Origin: Octopus vulgaris
Taxonomy: Eukaryota
NCBI GenBank assembly: GCA_951406725.2
Contig: OX597838.1
Coordinates: forward strand, 5,456,001-5,520,000
Reading direction: 5' to 3'
Length of the DNA: 64,000 nt
Part shown: piece by piece, positions 28,762 through 42,221 of the stretch
How positions within the stretch are numbered: position 1 is the first letter of the stretch
How the letters are laid out: every line of letters starts with the position of its first letter
Translations under genes and position numbers: made by a program
Notes under the pieces: generated by a model
What the model saw: the letters and a program-made list of their open reading frames with translations, nothing else
Databases searched by the model: none
Told to the model about the DNA's origin: nothing

Positions 28762-29093
28762 TTCTTTTACTTACTCCGCCGGTTACGACGACGAGGGTCC
28801 CAGCTGATACGATCAACGGAACAGCTTGCTCGTGAAATTAACGTGCAAATGGCTGAGCATTCCACAGACACGTGTACCCTTAACGTAGTTCTCGGGGATA
28901 ATCAGCGTGACACAGAGAGTGACAAGGCTGACCCTTTGAAATACAAGTACAACTCATTTTTGCCAGCTGAGTGGACTGGAGCAACGTGAAATAAAGTGTC
29001 TTGCTCAAGGACACAACGCGTCGCCGGGAATCGAACTCACAACCTTACGATCATGAGCCGAATGCCCTAACCACTAAGCCACGGGCCCTCACA
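28762..29093 (-). mobile_element. SINE family C (tRNA-derived, CORE-like), young full-length copy with a 12-bp TSD
   Basis: TSD TGACACCGAAAT at 28750-28761 and 29094-29105. A box TGGCTTAGTGG and B box GTTCGATTCCC on the minus strand. Confidence 0.92.
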
Positions 29094-29653
29094 TGACACC
29101 GAAATAGTGTAACGTTGGTTATTTCTTTCTCGTGTTTATATGTTTATCTTCTTTAAAAGCCTCTCATGTTTAAACGTTATCTACTCAAAACACAAATGGT
29201 AAACGATCATAGTTTCAGCTTGATAACTGGCGGAATAAATTATCATTTCGCTCAGAAAACCTGGGTAGGTCTAATTCCAAGGTTTGTTGGTGTTTTTTAT
29301 ATTTTAACATTATATGTGTGTGTGTGTCTGTTTGTGAGTGTGCTTGTGTGTCTCATTCAGTGTGTGTGTGTGTGTGTGAATCAGTACAGGCGTGTATTTT
29401 TGTGTTTATACGGCACCAACCGGTATATGTTTACATCCACGTAGCATCAGAGAAAGAATCGCGCTCCAGCGACACGTCCACATTTGATATTAGACAGCAC
29501 AATATAGGCTGACGGTTTGAGAGTCTGTATTAGTGAGATGAAAGCCTTCTCAAGATGTAGCAATTTGCTTCAATTACAGCTTTTCTTTGATGGACAGACA
29601 TCTTTAAATAAATTCATAAAGACGATCTAAAAACCTGATACTCCCCCTCTCTC

Positions 29654-29760
<107 letters not shown>

Positions 29761-29784
29761 TTTATTTACAAGCAGCAGAAATTC

Positions 29785-29830
29785 AACAAAACCTGTTACT
29801 CGGAGTTTCACGTTCCCGTTCGTCGGAAAG
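29785..29830 (-). ncRNA. Type I hammerhead motif, CCGACGA variant (sister of the 40718 copy)
   Basis: Minus strand reads CUUU-CCGACGA-ACG-GGAA-CGU-GAAAC-UCCGA-GUA^ACAG; one mismatch in stem I. Confidence 0.55.
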
Positions 29831-29892
29831 TTAAACATTTATGTGTTTACACCACTATATATATATACATACATACATACATACATATATAT

Positions 29893-29942
<50 letters not shown>

Positions 29943-29951
29943 GCTCTCTGT

Positions 29952-30290
29952 AGGTTACGACGACATGGGTTCCAGTTGATCCGATCAACGAGAAATTGAC
30001 GTGCAAGTGGCTGAGTACTCCACTGACACGTATACACTTAACGTAGTTCTCGGGGAGATTCAGCGTGACACAGTGTGTGACAAGGCTGTACCTTTGAAAT
30101 ATAAAGCACAACAGAAACAGGAAGTAAGAGCCAGAGAAAGTTGTGGTAAAAGAGTACAGAACAATTTGCCATTACCTCTGCCGGAGCCTCGTGGAGCTTT
30201 AGATATTTTCGCTCCATTAACACTCACTGAGTATTGATCGAAACCGCGATCACACGACCGCGAGTCCGCTGTCATAACCACTGCGCCATA
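29952..30290 (-). mobile_element. SINE family C-related copy with unrelated internal sequence
   Basis: Tail 29952-30100 matches the 28762 copy; tRNA-like head at ~30235-30290. Confidence 0.65.
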
Positions 30291-30356
30291 TATATATATA
30301 TATATGTATGTATATATATATATATATGTGTGTGTGTGTGCGTGTGTGTGTGCCTG

Positions 30357-30411
<55 letters not shown>

Positions 30412-30712
30412 TATTGAGAGAGAGAGAGAGAGAGCGAGAGAGAGCGAAGGAGAGAGAGTGTGGTAGAGAGAGTGTGCCAGATTTTTACATCATCTGTATA
30501 AATTTATTTCAAGATGCCAACCCAGCAAAGAAAAGCTTTATTCGAAGCAAATTAGTACATCTTGAGGAGACTTTCATCACGTTATATATATTCCTATTGA
30601 AGAGCGTAGGCTCGAAACGGAAAATGCTTTTTCCTTTTCCCAAGCGTCAAACACTAGCTTGTTGTCCATATACCTGTTTTCGTCTTTTGTTTTCCCATGA
30701 ATTTCAACTATA

Positions 30713-30793
<81 letters not shown>

Positions 30794-30986
30794 ATGTATA
30801 TATATGTATTCCTTTTTATACTTTTTATTTGTTTCAGATATTTTGACTGCAACCATGCTGAAGCACCACCATTAGTCGAACAACGCGACCCCAGGACCCA
30901 TTCTTTGTGACCCTAGTACTTGCAGACTCACATACATACATACAGACATACGTTATGCATACATACATACATACATACATACATAC

Positions 30987-31029
<43 letters not shown>

Positions 31030-31815
31030 ACATGATTTTTTTCCGACTAACAAACCATCTCAGATGGCTTCGGTAGAAGACCCTTGATCAAAATACCACG
31101 CTGTGAGACTTGCAGCTGGAATTATTTGGTTGAGAAGCAAACTCGAAATCACAGAGGCACACCTGCGTCTGTAAAATATAAAATAAATCTAAATTAAATT
31201 TGTTGAACATAAGAAAACAAGAACTTCTCTATACATACGCACCGTACACAATAGATTTTAAAATAACTTCATCTAGACTGTACATGTGCGCGAGTGTTTA
31301 CTAGTAACGTACTGAAAGAAAGCAAAAAAAAAAAAAACAGAAAAAAACAAAGAAAATGAAAGTTTACCTTCATCAAAGGTGGAGCTCTGACGGTGAAGTA
31401 AAAAGAAATTCAAAGTCTGTTGGAAGTAATAAACGAGAGAAATGTCTGTTAGTTAAAGACTGGTATTTTTGGAAAAGAGATTTATATTCGGCCGCCATAA
31501 TGTTAAAACAAATATATTTCTTCAAAAGGTCAAGGGCAGCATAAATAATCAAATATTTACATTACATAAGGTACATAGATGCATACACACGCAATCTATA
31601 CACACATACACACACGCGCGCGTAAATATATATATATATGTACACACGCATATTCATATACATATGCATGTCTGTGATATTATGCGTTAGTATGAATGAT
31701 ATCGCTGAGGTTTTTCCTGAACAGAAGAACATGTAAGCATTCACTGCGGGATGTTTTCTCGTGAGAGAAAATCTACTACAAGATATTTAAATTTACATAC
31801 TACTTCGTATCTAAA

Positions 31816-32064
31816 TATTGGTTTGGTGCATACTTATTGCGTTTTTTTTTTTTTGCAAGAAATTTTATTCAACAAAAACAATAGCAATATTTAGCAAAAA
31901 CATCTTTAAATGATTATTTAGAGCATATTCACCATCTAGTTTATATACAGCTTCCAATTCGCTTGGTAGACGGTCAGACCGTCATTTAAAAGATGATTTA
32001 AAAAAATATTGTTATTGCTTTTGTTGAATAAAATTTGTTGCAATAATTATGCACCGACCCAATA
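31816..32064 (-). mobile_element. Mariner-derived MITE
   Basis: TIRs TATTGGTTTGGTGCATA and TATGCACCGACCCAATA with TA ends. The internal minus strand encodes RLPSELEAVYKLDGEY, a mariner transposase C-terminus. Confidence 0.8.
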
Positions 32065-32068
32065 ATGT

Positions 32069-32180
32069 GATCGACTCTCCAATTGATAGACTCTCCCATT
32101 GATCGACTCTCCAATTGATAGACTCTCCCATTGATCGACTCTCCCATCGATGGACTCTCTTGTCGTTGGACTCTCCTGTC
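32069..32180 (+). repeat. 16-bp minisatellite, 7 units
   Basis: GAT(C/A)GACTCTCC(A/C)ATT units, decaying toward the 3' end. Confidence 0.92.
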
Positions 32181-32485
32181 GAAGACGACATATGAGCATT
32201 AATCTTTTTACCGAGCGACCGACACAAATGATTTGTTTTTAGAGATCAAATGTTCAGGCTGCACTTAAACTGACTCCATCAAATCTACGTTGTCTGAGCT
32301 GGTGCGCGGTGTACCCCACGTCAAGTGTTGAAGTGATCACAGAGCAATTTGTGATGAAGTATTCTGCTGAAAAACACAGGGCACCACCCGTTCAAGGAAT
32401 TGAAACTACGATCTCGGGTTCGTGAGTGCAACAAACAAAAGACTAGGCCATGCATATAATAATAATTAATACAATAGAACAAGTC

Positions 32486-32990
32486 GGAGAGCTGGCATAA
32501 TTGTTACAACGCGGGTAAAAATGCTTCTCAGCATTTTTTCTTCTGTATGTTCTGAATTCAAATGCTGCACTGGCCGACTTAGCCTTTCATAAATACGGGA
32601 GAGATAAAATAAGTACCAGTTAAGTACCGGGGCTGATATAAACAAATTACCCCCACCTCATCCGACATTGCTAGCCTTGTGCCAAAATTTCAAATCAATA
32701 TGCAGCTTTTAGACTGCGGCCTACCTGGGGCAACGCACTTAAAGTGATTTTGTCTTCGAACGAATCAGCCCCAGTAATTTATAAACAATTATTCTTGTTA
32801 CATATTCTTTTTGCGGAAACAAAACAACATCGGTTATCACGACGGGTATCTTCCAGTTTCCAACCAGGAAATTTACTAGCATGGCTTTTGTGAAGACTTT
32901 TGTAGAAGAAACTTGCCCAAGGTGAGAAATTGTGGGATTGATCTCGAAATCATGAGGCTGGGCAGCAAAATTTTCAGTGCACAGCCTTGC
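32486..32990. mobile_element. Degenerate old family B SINE (+, 32486-32695) followed by a degenerate family A SINE (-)
   Basis: GGAGAGCTGGCA..GCCTTTCAT..AAGTACCAG, then CTTGCCCAAGGTG. Confidence 0.6.
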
Positions 32991-33045
32991 CCGCCCCTAC
33001 CAGCCCCATATATATATGATGCATATGCCTATACAAGAAATGTAT

Positions 33046-33092
<47 letters not shown>

Positions 33093-33280
33093 ATAATAAA
33101 TATTAGGGAATAAATCCAAATTTACAAGGAAAAATCAGATTTAAGATTGAATCCAATTTTATAGTAAAATATTATATTATATCAAATTAGAGACAAAACC
33201 ACTATTATGCAAATCAAACAAAGAAAGACTTAATCCAATACATGAAATAATTCATATAAATTAAAATTTTACATATGAAT

Positions 33281-33332
33281 AACCACTACGATCGTTTCGT
33301 GTCAGCACATCTTAGATATTCTTCAGGTGGTT
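33281..33332 (-). ncRNA. Minimal type I hammerhead motif with palindromic helix III
   Basis: Minus strand reads AACCAC-CUGAAGA-(21 nt, weak stem II)-GAAAC-GAUC-GUA^GUGGUU. Confidence 0.65.
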
Positions 33333-33514
33333 TCAAAACCTTCTTAGCGAGTTTTAAATTATTTTCTGAATTCAAATGCTGCACTGGTCGACTTATAAGC
33401 GGAATACTTATAAGCTAACTGCCATTAATTGCATTACTGGTGTTTTATGTATAGGAAGCCAGGCACCCAAAACAAATACGAATGTAGTTTGGTGTAGCTT
33501 CTAATACTTTGGAA

Positions 33515-33700
33515 GGATATTTGTTCATAAATTAAGTTTTGAGCTTAATATTACGTTGTGATCCTTCTATAATTCTTGTTCGTCTGTAATTCAAACAACT
33601 TACACCTGTTCACCGCTGGATCTTCGTTATTAATATTCGATATGAGAATATTGAGTTCCAACAACCAATCATTGGTATTGCTAGGAATAAGCAGTTTCAT
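33515..33700 (-). pseudogene. Possible decayed C-terminus of a Penelope GIY-YIG endonuclease
   Basis: LNILISNINNEDPAVNRCKLF followed, across a frameshift/stop, by ILSSK/T*FMNKYP. This resembles W.IL....Y....RC.LC..EK...LLN.R.E....C.H and lies just upstream of the hammerhead on the same strand. Confidence 0.35.
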
Positions 33701-33731
33701 ATTGTACAGCTTTACGTGAGTGTGTACTTGT

Positions 33732-33782
<51 letters not shown>

Positions 33783-33994
33783 TACATACATATATACATA
33801 ATACATACATACATGTGTATGCTTATATATATTTATACACCAGCGCACACTCACATATATAAATCTACATACATGCCTGCGTATGCCTTCCTGCATAGCA
33901 TATATATATATATATATATATATGCAGAATGACATACGCAGGCATGTGTGTAGATGTATGTATGTATATGTATATTTTTCTATGTATATACATT

Positions 33995-34041
<47 letters not shown>

Positions 34042-34672
34042 CATACATACAGAGACACACAGACACACACATTGGATACATGAATATTTGGCGTAAAATA
34101 TGGAGAGTGGAACTATTCCAGGTAATTATCGTAATATACTTATCCTGAAGGAAGGAATATGCATTCCATACAAGCAAATGAGTTTACTGCCAAGATGTCG
34201 TGTGAACAGAGAAAATATCCACACCTGTCCAGCTTCTGTGTTGATAATGAAGAACATACGGTTTCGCTTCTACGAGTTCTGCAAATATATCAATAGTTTT
34301 ACGTAGAGATTTATGGAGTCACAGAGAAAAAATAGAGAGAGAGTGTGTGTGTGAGAGAGAGAGAGAGTAATTAAGAGATGGGTGAGATTGATAGAGAAAA
34401 AACGAGAAGGAAATTAGATAGACATGAACCGTGGGAGATGGTACTAATTTGAAGAATAAAAATTATGCTGTCTTATTTACATATACGTTTATGCATCCAT
34501 CCATACATACATGCATGCATACATACTCAAATCTACTCCCTTGTTTGCACATATAGTGTTGGGTCACAATTATGTATATAATAATTACATAATAATATGT
34601 GGGGAAAAACACTAAATAACAGCTGGTACCAATATACGTATATACATATATGCACACATACATACGGAGATC

Positions 34673-34769
<97 letters not shown>

Positions 34770-35113
34770 CATATATATAAATATATATATCCATACACAC
34801 GCACATAGACACATCACGCACACACATCGCACATCACGCACACACATCACACACACGCACATGTATACTTATAATTATAAGCATGCATTACCGAATATAC
34901 TTGTTTATTTCAATATCTAAATATATATTCGCTTTTGTACCTTTATCTCATTATATATGCATGCGTGTGTGTGCCTGCATGCACATATGCATATACGAAC
35001 ATACGCATATACATACAGATATACGTATAGATATGCTTAGACATACCCATGTACACTATATATATATATATATGTATAATATATCTTGCTTAAATATGAA
35101 CACAAATATGCAT

Positions 35114-35490
35114 AGTTCTATTGTTAAGAGATGAGGAGTTATATACACTATTTACATTATTTACATTATTGACTTTTGACGGATAATTTTCCTCATCTTG
35201 TTCGAAGTTAACACAACGTTTAAGGAAGGATAGGAAAATATTAGATTTATAAGCCGTAATATTCACAACATAACTGCTGCCCGCAGGAATATGGCACAGT
35301 GGTTACCTGCAACATTTCGATTTCGATTCCAGGCAGAAGCCTTAATAATAACAATAGTAACACCGGAAAATACCTTAGGAATGAGAACCCTGGTTCGACT
35401 CCCACCCGGACACCTGAGGATGTCTGGACTGTACATCACCCAAAACGATGCTTTAACAACAAACAAGATGAGGACAAATATTCGTCAAAT
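35114..35490 (+). mobile_element. Element with partial inverted repeat, Pol III-like boxes and a decayed hammerhead core
   Basis: 35175-35221 is inverted relative to 35443-35489. TGGCACAGTGG at 35292, TTCGATTCC at 35322, GGTTCGACTCCC at 35392, ACAC-CTGAGGA at 35410-35420. Confidence 0.5.
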
Positions 35491-35884
35491 CTAAATGATA
35501 CACACCTATGTATGATTTTTTTTTTATGTAAGCCTTTGCGTGATGCAAATAAGCAAATTCAAGAATATCACTGAAAACATCTGTCAAGCTGGAAGCTCAT
35601 CTACAAGTTCTCCGCATGAACTTTAAGCTGGGAATGTTTTTTTTTAACATCTATTAGCTTAAAGATTACCACGAAAAGTAAAATGAGAAAAAAGGAACAA
35701 AACCAAAAATCTCTCCTGATAAACAGCACTGATTTTATTTGTTGAAATTTCGTTCCAACCATATTTGAAGTTACCTAAACTTTGCTTAGACGAGATTTAA
35801 ATAGTTGTGATTTTACGTTGGTGAGCATCGAAAATCGTTGACACGATGGGGGGAAAATGCTTAGTGGTATTCCACCTCTCTTAG

Positions 35885-36300
35885 GGCGGCGAGCTGGCAG
35901 AAACGTTAGCACGCCGGGCGAAATGCTTAACTGTATTTCGTATGCCGTTACGTTCTGAGTTCATATTCCGCCGAGTTCAACTTTGCCTTTCATCCTTTCG
36001 GTGTCGATTAAATAAGTACCGGCTACGCACTGGGTTCGATGTAATCGACTTAATCCGTTTGTCTGTCCTTGTTTGTCCCCTCTGTGTTAAGCCCCTTGTG
36101 GGTAGTAAAGAAATATGTATTTCGTCTGCCGCTACGTTCTGAGTTCAAATTCCGCCGAGTTCAACTTTGCCTTTCATCCTTTCGGGGTCGATTAAATAAG
36201 TACCGGCTACGCACTGGGGTCGATGTAATCGACTTAATCCGTTTGTCTGTCCTTGTTTGTCCCCTCTGTGTGTATCCCCTTGTGGACAGTAAAGAAATAG
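35885..36300 (+). mobile_element. SINE family B, head + 2 tandem bodies, 17-bp TSD, inside an older family B copy
   Basis: GGTATTCCACCT(C/T)TCTT at 35866-35882 and 36300-36316. Confidence 0.9.
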
Positions 36301-36721
36301 GTATTCCACCTTTCTTTACGTTCAAATGCCACCATGGATGGGCACTGGGGGTGGAGGGTCTATTTTGTCTTTCATCATCTCATGTTCGATATATGCTGAT
36401 CGACGTAATCGACTTCCCCAAAACCGCTGGCTCTGTACGAATATTTGAAAATATTTCGAGTTATTATTATCAAGCGATCTCAATATAAAAATAGTCAATA
36501 TGATTGTTGATTTGTCCAATCACAATGCAGTGTTTTAACATTTGCGTTACAGGTATAAAAGCACACTATGGGCTTTTATAATGCTTTCATCACTCAAGTT
36601 TCTATATATATATATATAAACGTCAATCGTGTTTATTTAGTATCAAGCAATTTTGCAGAAGGAATTAACGGACAATTCAACACTAAATAAACATACTAAT
36701 GTATATATATATGTGAATGTA

Positions 36722-37049
36722 GTGAGGGCGCGTGGCTTAGTGGTTAGGGCATTCGGATCATGATCGTAAGGTTGTGAGTTCGATTCCCGGCGACGCGTTG
36801 TGTCCTTGAGCAAGACACTTTATTTCACGTTGCTCCAGTCCACTCAGCTGGCAAAAATGAGTTGTACTTGTATTTCAAAGGGTCAGCCTTGTCACTCTCT
36901 GTGTCACGCTGATTATCCCCGAGAACTACGTTAAGGGTACACGTGTCTGTGGAATGCTCAGCCATTTGCACGTTAATTTCACGAGCAAGCTGTTCCGTTG
37001 ATCGTATCAGCTGGGACCCTCGTCGTCGTAACCGGCGGAGTCTTTAAAA
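36722..37049 (+). mobile_element. SINE family C, young full-length copy with an 11-bp TSD
   Basis: TSD ATGTGAATGTA at 36711-36721 and 37050-37060; near-identical to 28762-29093. Confidence 0.92.
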
Positions 37050-37568
37050 ATGTGAATGTATTCTTCGTGAGATATTGAACCTATGAAGGCGCAATTATTT
37101 TGATAACATGGTGGTGGCATTGATTTCAGCGATGCATTGTTATTTTGCAATTTCGCAATTTATCGGCATTATCTCAACTCACTTCACTTTTGTACATTTA
37201 TTCATAAATTTCAATCTAAACTTCATTACACGCTGACTAATAACACCGGACTACACTCAAACGTCATCTTCTCTTTCAAGTAGCTTTCGGACTTAATATG
37301 GCTTCTATCTTACAAGTTTAACCTATGGTGAGACTGCTATATAGTCGGGATCGCCTCGGGTAAAGCAAACCCGTACAATCATTCAACGAAGAACGCGATC
37401 CTAATACGTTTGATTGAAGTTAGATGAAACACATCATTACTATATTACAAATCAAACAAATAACTACTAACATATTTGCATATTTTCGAATAGATGCAGC
37501 AGAATTCATCTACTTTTGCTTAAGCTAATTAAAATTCGATCCAAAGAAGCCATTTTTTGTTGTAATAT

Positions 37569-38060
37569 TTCTTCTTCTTCTTCTTCTTTTTCTTCTTCTT
37601 CTTCGTCTTCCTCTTCTTCTTCTTCTTCTTCTTCTTCTTTATTTTCTTCTTTTTCTTTTTCTTCTTCTTCTTCTTCTTCTTCTTCTTCTTCATCATCTTC
37701 ATCATCTTCATCATCTTCATCATCTTCATCATCTTCATCTTCATCATCTTCATCTTCATCTTCATCATCTTCATCATCATCTTCATCTTCATCATCTTCA
37801 TCTTCATCATCTTCATCTTCATCATCTTCATCATCTTCATCATCTTCATCATCTTCATCTTCATCATCTTCATCTTCATCTTCATCATCTTCATCATCAT
37901 CATCTTCATCTTCATCTTCATCATCTTCATCATCATCTTCATCTTCATCATCTTCATCTTCATCATCTTCATCTTCATCATCTTCATCATCTTCATCATC
38001 TTCATCTTCATCATCTTCATCATCTTCATCTTCTTCTTCTTCTTCGTCTTCTTCTTCTTC
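37569..38060. repeat. Compound (TCT)n/(TCA)n triplet repeat with higher-order duplication
   Basis: Directly visible; the block at ~37741 recurs at ~37861. Confidence 0.92.
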
Positions 38061-38164
38061 AACTGATGTTGCTGTTGCTGCTACTATCGAATCTCTCTGT
38101 CTTTGTCGTGCTCTTTCTATAGCTTTCATACGGCATAATAATTGGATTAAACTTCCACTTCAAC

Positions 38165-38226
<62 letters not shown>

Positions 38227-38229
38227 GAA

Positions 38230-38527
38230 GGCGGCGAGCTGCCAGGAACGTTAGCACGCCGGGCGAAATGCTTAGAGGTATTTCGTCCGCCGTTGCATTG
38301 TGAGTTCAAATTCCGCCGAGGTCGACTTTGCGATTCATCCTTTCGGGGTCGATAAATTAAGTACCAGTTGCGCACTGGGGTCGATGTAATCGACTTAATA
38401 CCTATGTCCGTCCTTGTTTGTCCCCTCTATGTTTAGCCCCTTGTGGGTAATAAATAAATAGGTATTTCGTCTGCTGTTACGTTCTGAGTTCAAATTCCAC
38501 CGAGGTCGGTCGACTTTGCTTTTCACC
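38230..38527 (+). mobile_element. SINE family B, head + body + partial second body
   Basis: Consensus match; restarts at GGTATTTCGTCTG (38461). Confidence 0.88.
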
Positions 38528-38555
38528 ATAGCTACACACACACACACATATATGT

Positions 38556-38657
<102 letters not shown>

Positions 38658-39764
38658 TATACATATATGTATGTATATTTATATATATGCTACGAGCTAC
38701 TTTCAGTTTATGTTTGCCAAATCCACTCGCTACGTTCTTTCTGCCCGTGGCTATAATAAAACACACTTGCCAATGTTGACACGCAGTGATAATGAATTTG
38801 AGACCATGCTGTTGGAAACCAAACTTCTTCCCACACATACACGTTCGCTCCTATATTTATCTATTTCCATAGAAAACACCCGCTGGTTTTTCTTATCTAC
38901 AGTATCATATGTGTGAATCACACAAAAGGAAGAAAATATTTCTATTTCAGTAAAGTTTTCTGAATAATATACTTTTGATTATGCGAACATATTTCACGGT
39001 ATGACAAACACAGTTTATGACGCAAATAAACCATTTACTGTTTACTATTGGAAACTCTTTAAAACATCGCCAGATATTCACCACTTCCACAACAATTCAC
39101 CACTTACACATTTGTTTGTGGTTGAAAACTGCAAAATTTGACGTTAGGAGGTTCTTGTTCTCTAACATACGTTGGAAAGATGAGAAACTAAAATTTTTTT
39201 TTCCCCCATGAAACATTAAGAGATTGAATAACTCACTCTAAGTATACTATCATAATGAAGAACTGAAGCCACTTTTTGAGTGTTTTTCCTATGCACATGT
39301 ATGTTAAAGGTGTTTTCGGTAAGTTCTGTATCGCTTTACGTTCGCCGTTATAGTCTTGAGCGCAGAGGCATTAGCTTCGTTAACAAAAGCTCTATAAGAA
39401 GTGATACATGCTGCTGAGAGGGCACTTAACAGCGTTGCTGAAATGACATAGAGGTCGATAGTTTAGCATGTGCTTAACAGAGAGTTGAGTTGTATTCCTT
39501 TTATTCTGGCAATGGAACGAGTGACGTTTTAAGTTGCAAATATAGCTATGGCGATGACATTTCTAATAAAGTTATAATATCTATCAATGTCCATATGTAT
39601 GTACATATATATATATATATATACATATATATATACATATATATATATACATAAATATATATACATATATTTATATATATATATATATAATATATATATA
39701 TATATGTATATATATTTATATATATATATATATATATACATATATACATAAATATATATACATA

Positions 39765-39801
<37 letters not shown>

Positions 39802-39806
39802 ATATA

Positions 39807-39857
<51 letters not shown>

Positions 39858-40585
39858 ATATGTGTATGTGTATGCACTGACACACACACACACACACATA
39901 TGTATATAAATGTAAAAAATGGATGGTATAGAGGGAAATGCTTATATCTAAAAGCATAAGAAAAACCTATGCAACATCTGAAGGAACATTTAAAATATGC
40001 GGAGAATTGTGCCTTATTTTCTTTATGTCAGAAATATTAATGATGCTCTATGTGCAATATATATATGTCTTTGAAGCTTCTGTGACAGGAGAATATATGC
40101 AAATGATTCCTCACCAGTAGCTGAAAATGGCTTTTTTAACTAAGCACATATATATATATATATATATATATACGGGCAAATATTTCGTTGCTCAATCGTT
40201 TGTTGACACAGAATAATAACATAAGAAGCTAAAACCGCAAGCATGCGTACACACACGAACCCATACACATCTGTATATAAACATATAGACATATTTATGT
40301 ATACGACAGGCTTCAATATAGTTTCTGTCTACCAAATTCACTCGAAAGTTGTTGGTCGTCGGCCTGGAGCTCTAAGGGAGAACAACTGCCCAAAGTGCCG
40401 CACAGTAAAACCGAAACATAACACAGATGCTAAGCGAGTATCTGAAACAATGGTACAAGTTTGGCTCTCTGTCTCTCTATTTCCCTCTCTCATTCCCTCT
40501 ATCACTAACTTAAGGCAACTTAAAGAAGCGCACGGACGCTTCTGTCTGTCTGTCTGTCACTCTCTCTGTCTCTCTCTCTCTCTCT

Positions 40586-40622
<37 letters not shown>

Positions 40623-40717
40623 TATAGAGAGAGAGAGAGAGAGAGACAGAGAGAGTGACAGACAGACAGACATATATATATATATATATATATATATACT
40701 TTATTTAAAAGCTGTGT

Positions 40718-40772
40718 TAACAAAACTGTCCGACGAACGGGAACGTGAAACTCTGAGTAACAGCTTTTGTTA
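40718..40772 (+). ncRNA. Type I hammerhead ribozyme motif, CCGACGA variant, all stems intact
   Basis: UAACAAAA-CUGU-CCGACGA-ACG-GGAA-CGU-GAAAC-UCUGA-GUA^ACAG-C-UUUUGUUA; predicted cleavage after 40759. Confidence 0.7.
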
Positions 40773-42107
40773 TATTTCTGCTGGTTTAAAATAAAGCATA
40801 TTCAACTACCTCTGGTATTTGAGTACTTTTTTTCCACCTTATTTCACATTTGTGTGCTTATATAACATGTAAGATTCATATATAAGAAACTGCAGTGACT
40901 AGAATGCATAACTGCATACTGTGTAACATGCAGTCGCAGCAGTCGAAACATATGTAGGTCAGAGTTTTATATATATATATATATATATCATTTACGCTTT
41001 ATACGCACAGACGCGCGCACACACACACACATACACACACACGCACACACACACACACACACACACGCACATACGCACAGACACACACGCACACACTCTC
41101 TTATTTCAATAATTTTTCTAGCAAATCTGCTCTGAAACTTTTCACCAGCCGTACCTGAAAAAGGAATCATGCCCCTCTGTGTCTACACAGTTGGACTGAA
41201 CTTTATACCACACAGCTATAACTGCGTCTACACACACACACACACACACATCATTATATTATCCTATATCACTGTATATCCGTGAAGGCTGATAATTTAT
41301 ATTTTAGTTATTCATTACCTAGATATCGTTCTTTTACGTTATAATGCTGTCATTTATTTATCTATAACAATAGATTGTTTCAGCTTAATAATTTTTTTCC
41401 CTTTGTCCTTTAGTTTTCTGTGTTTTTTTTTTTTTTCATTTTTGTCTCGCTTTATATTAAATATTCTATAGCTCTAAAAAAAGAAAAAAAAATGATGGAC
41501 ATTGTGGGCGGCTGGATGTAAGGATAGGCTGATGGAGTGGCGGAATATATGGTACGCTGTAGAAAGAGAGGGTAAGAGAGAGCAAAGTGAGAAAAGGAGT
41601 GATAGAAAGATAGAGAGAGAGATTTAGAGTCGGTATGGTATTGTATATGGTAAGTAAGAGTAATATATATTCGCGTGTCAATACTTCATAACTATAAACT
41701 AATTTGATCGTATCCAATGCTATCAGTTTTGCCAATAGACGTATCATTCAAACATTCATTGCAATTCGCTATCTCAATTGCTGAATTCATTATAGATTAG
41801 CAAAAGGGCTGCCAATACGTGGAGTCGTAAATTACGATAATTTCTGATTGGGTTCGATATGTGTATGTTCAAGTTTATGAAAGTGTATTTGGTTATTATG
41901 ATAGGCGCCTTTACCGATATATATATATATATATATATGTATGAGTGTGTGTATGTGTGTGTATGTGTGTGTAAGCATGTGTGTGTGTGTAAGTTTGTAT
42001 GTATATATATATATATGTGTATATATGATGGTGTCTGTGCATAAAATATTTGTGTGTATCTATCCGAGATTAACACTAAATATAGAATGTGCCTGTATAT
42101 ATACATG

Positions 42108-42221
<114 letters not shown>

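Noticed and set aside
32069-32180. CRISPR-like short repeat array
   Set aside because: Contiguous tandem units with no spacers, eukaryotic context, and no cas genes.
36724-36795. tRNA-like sequence (also ~29020-29090 and family A heads)
   Set aside because: SINE heads continuous with body, tail and TSD; not stand-alone tRNA genes.
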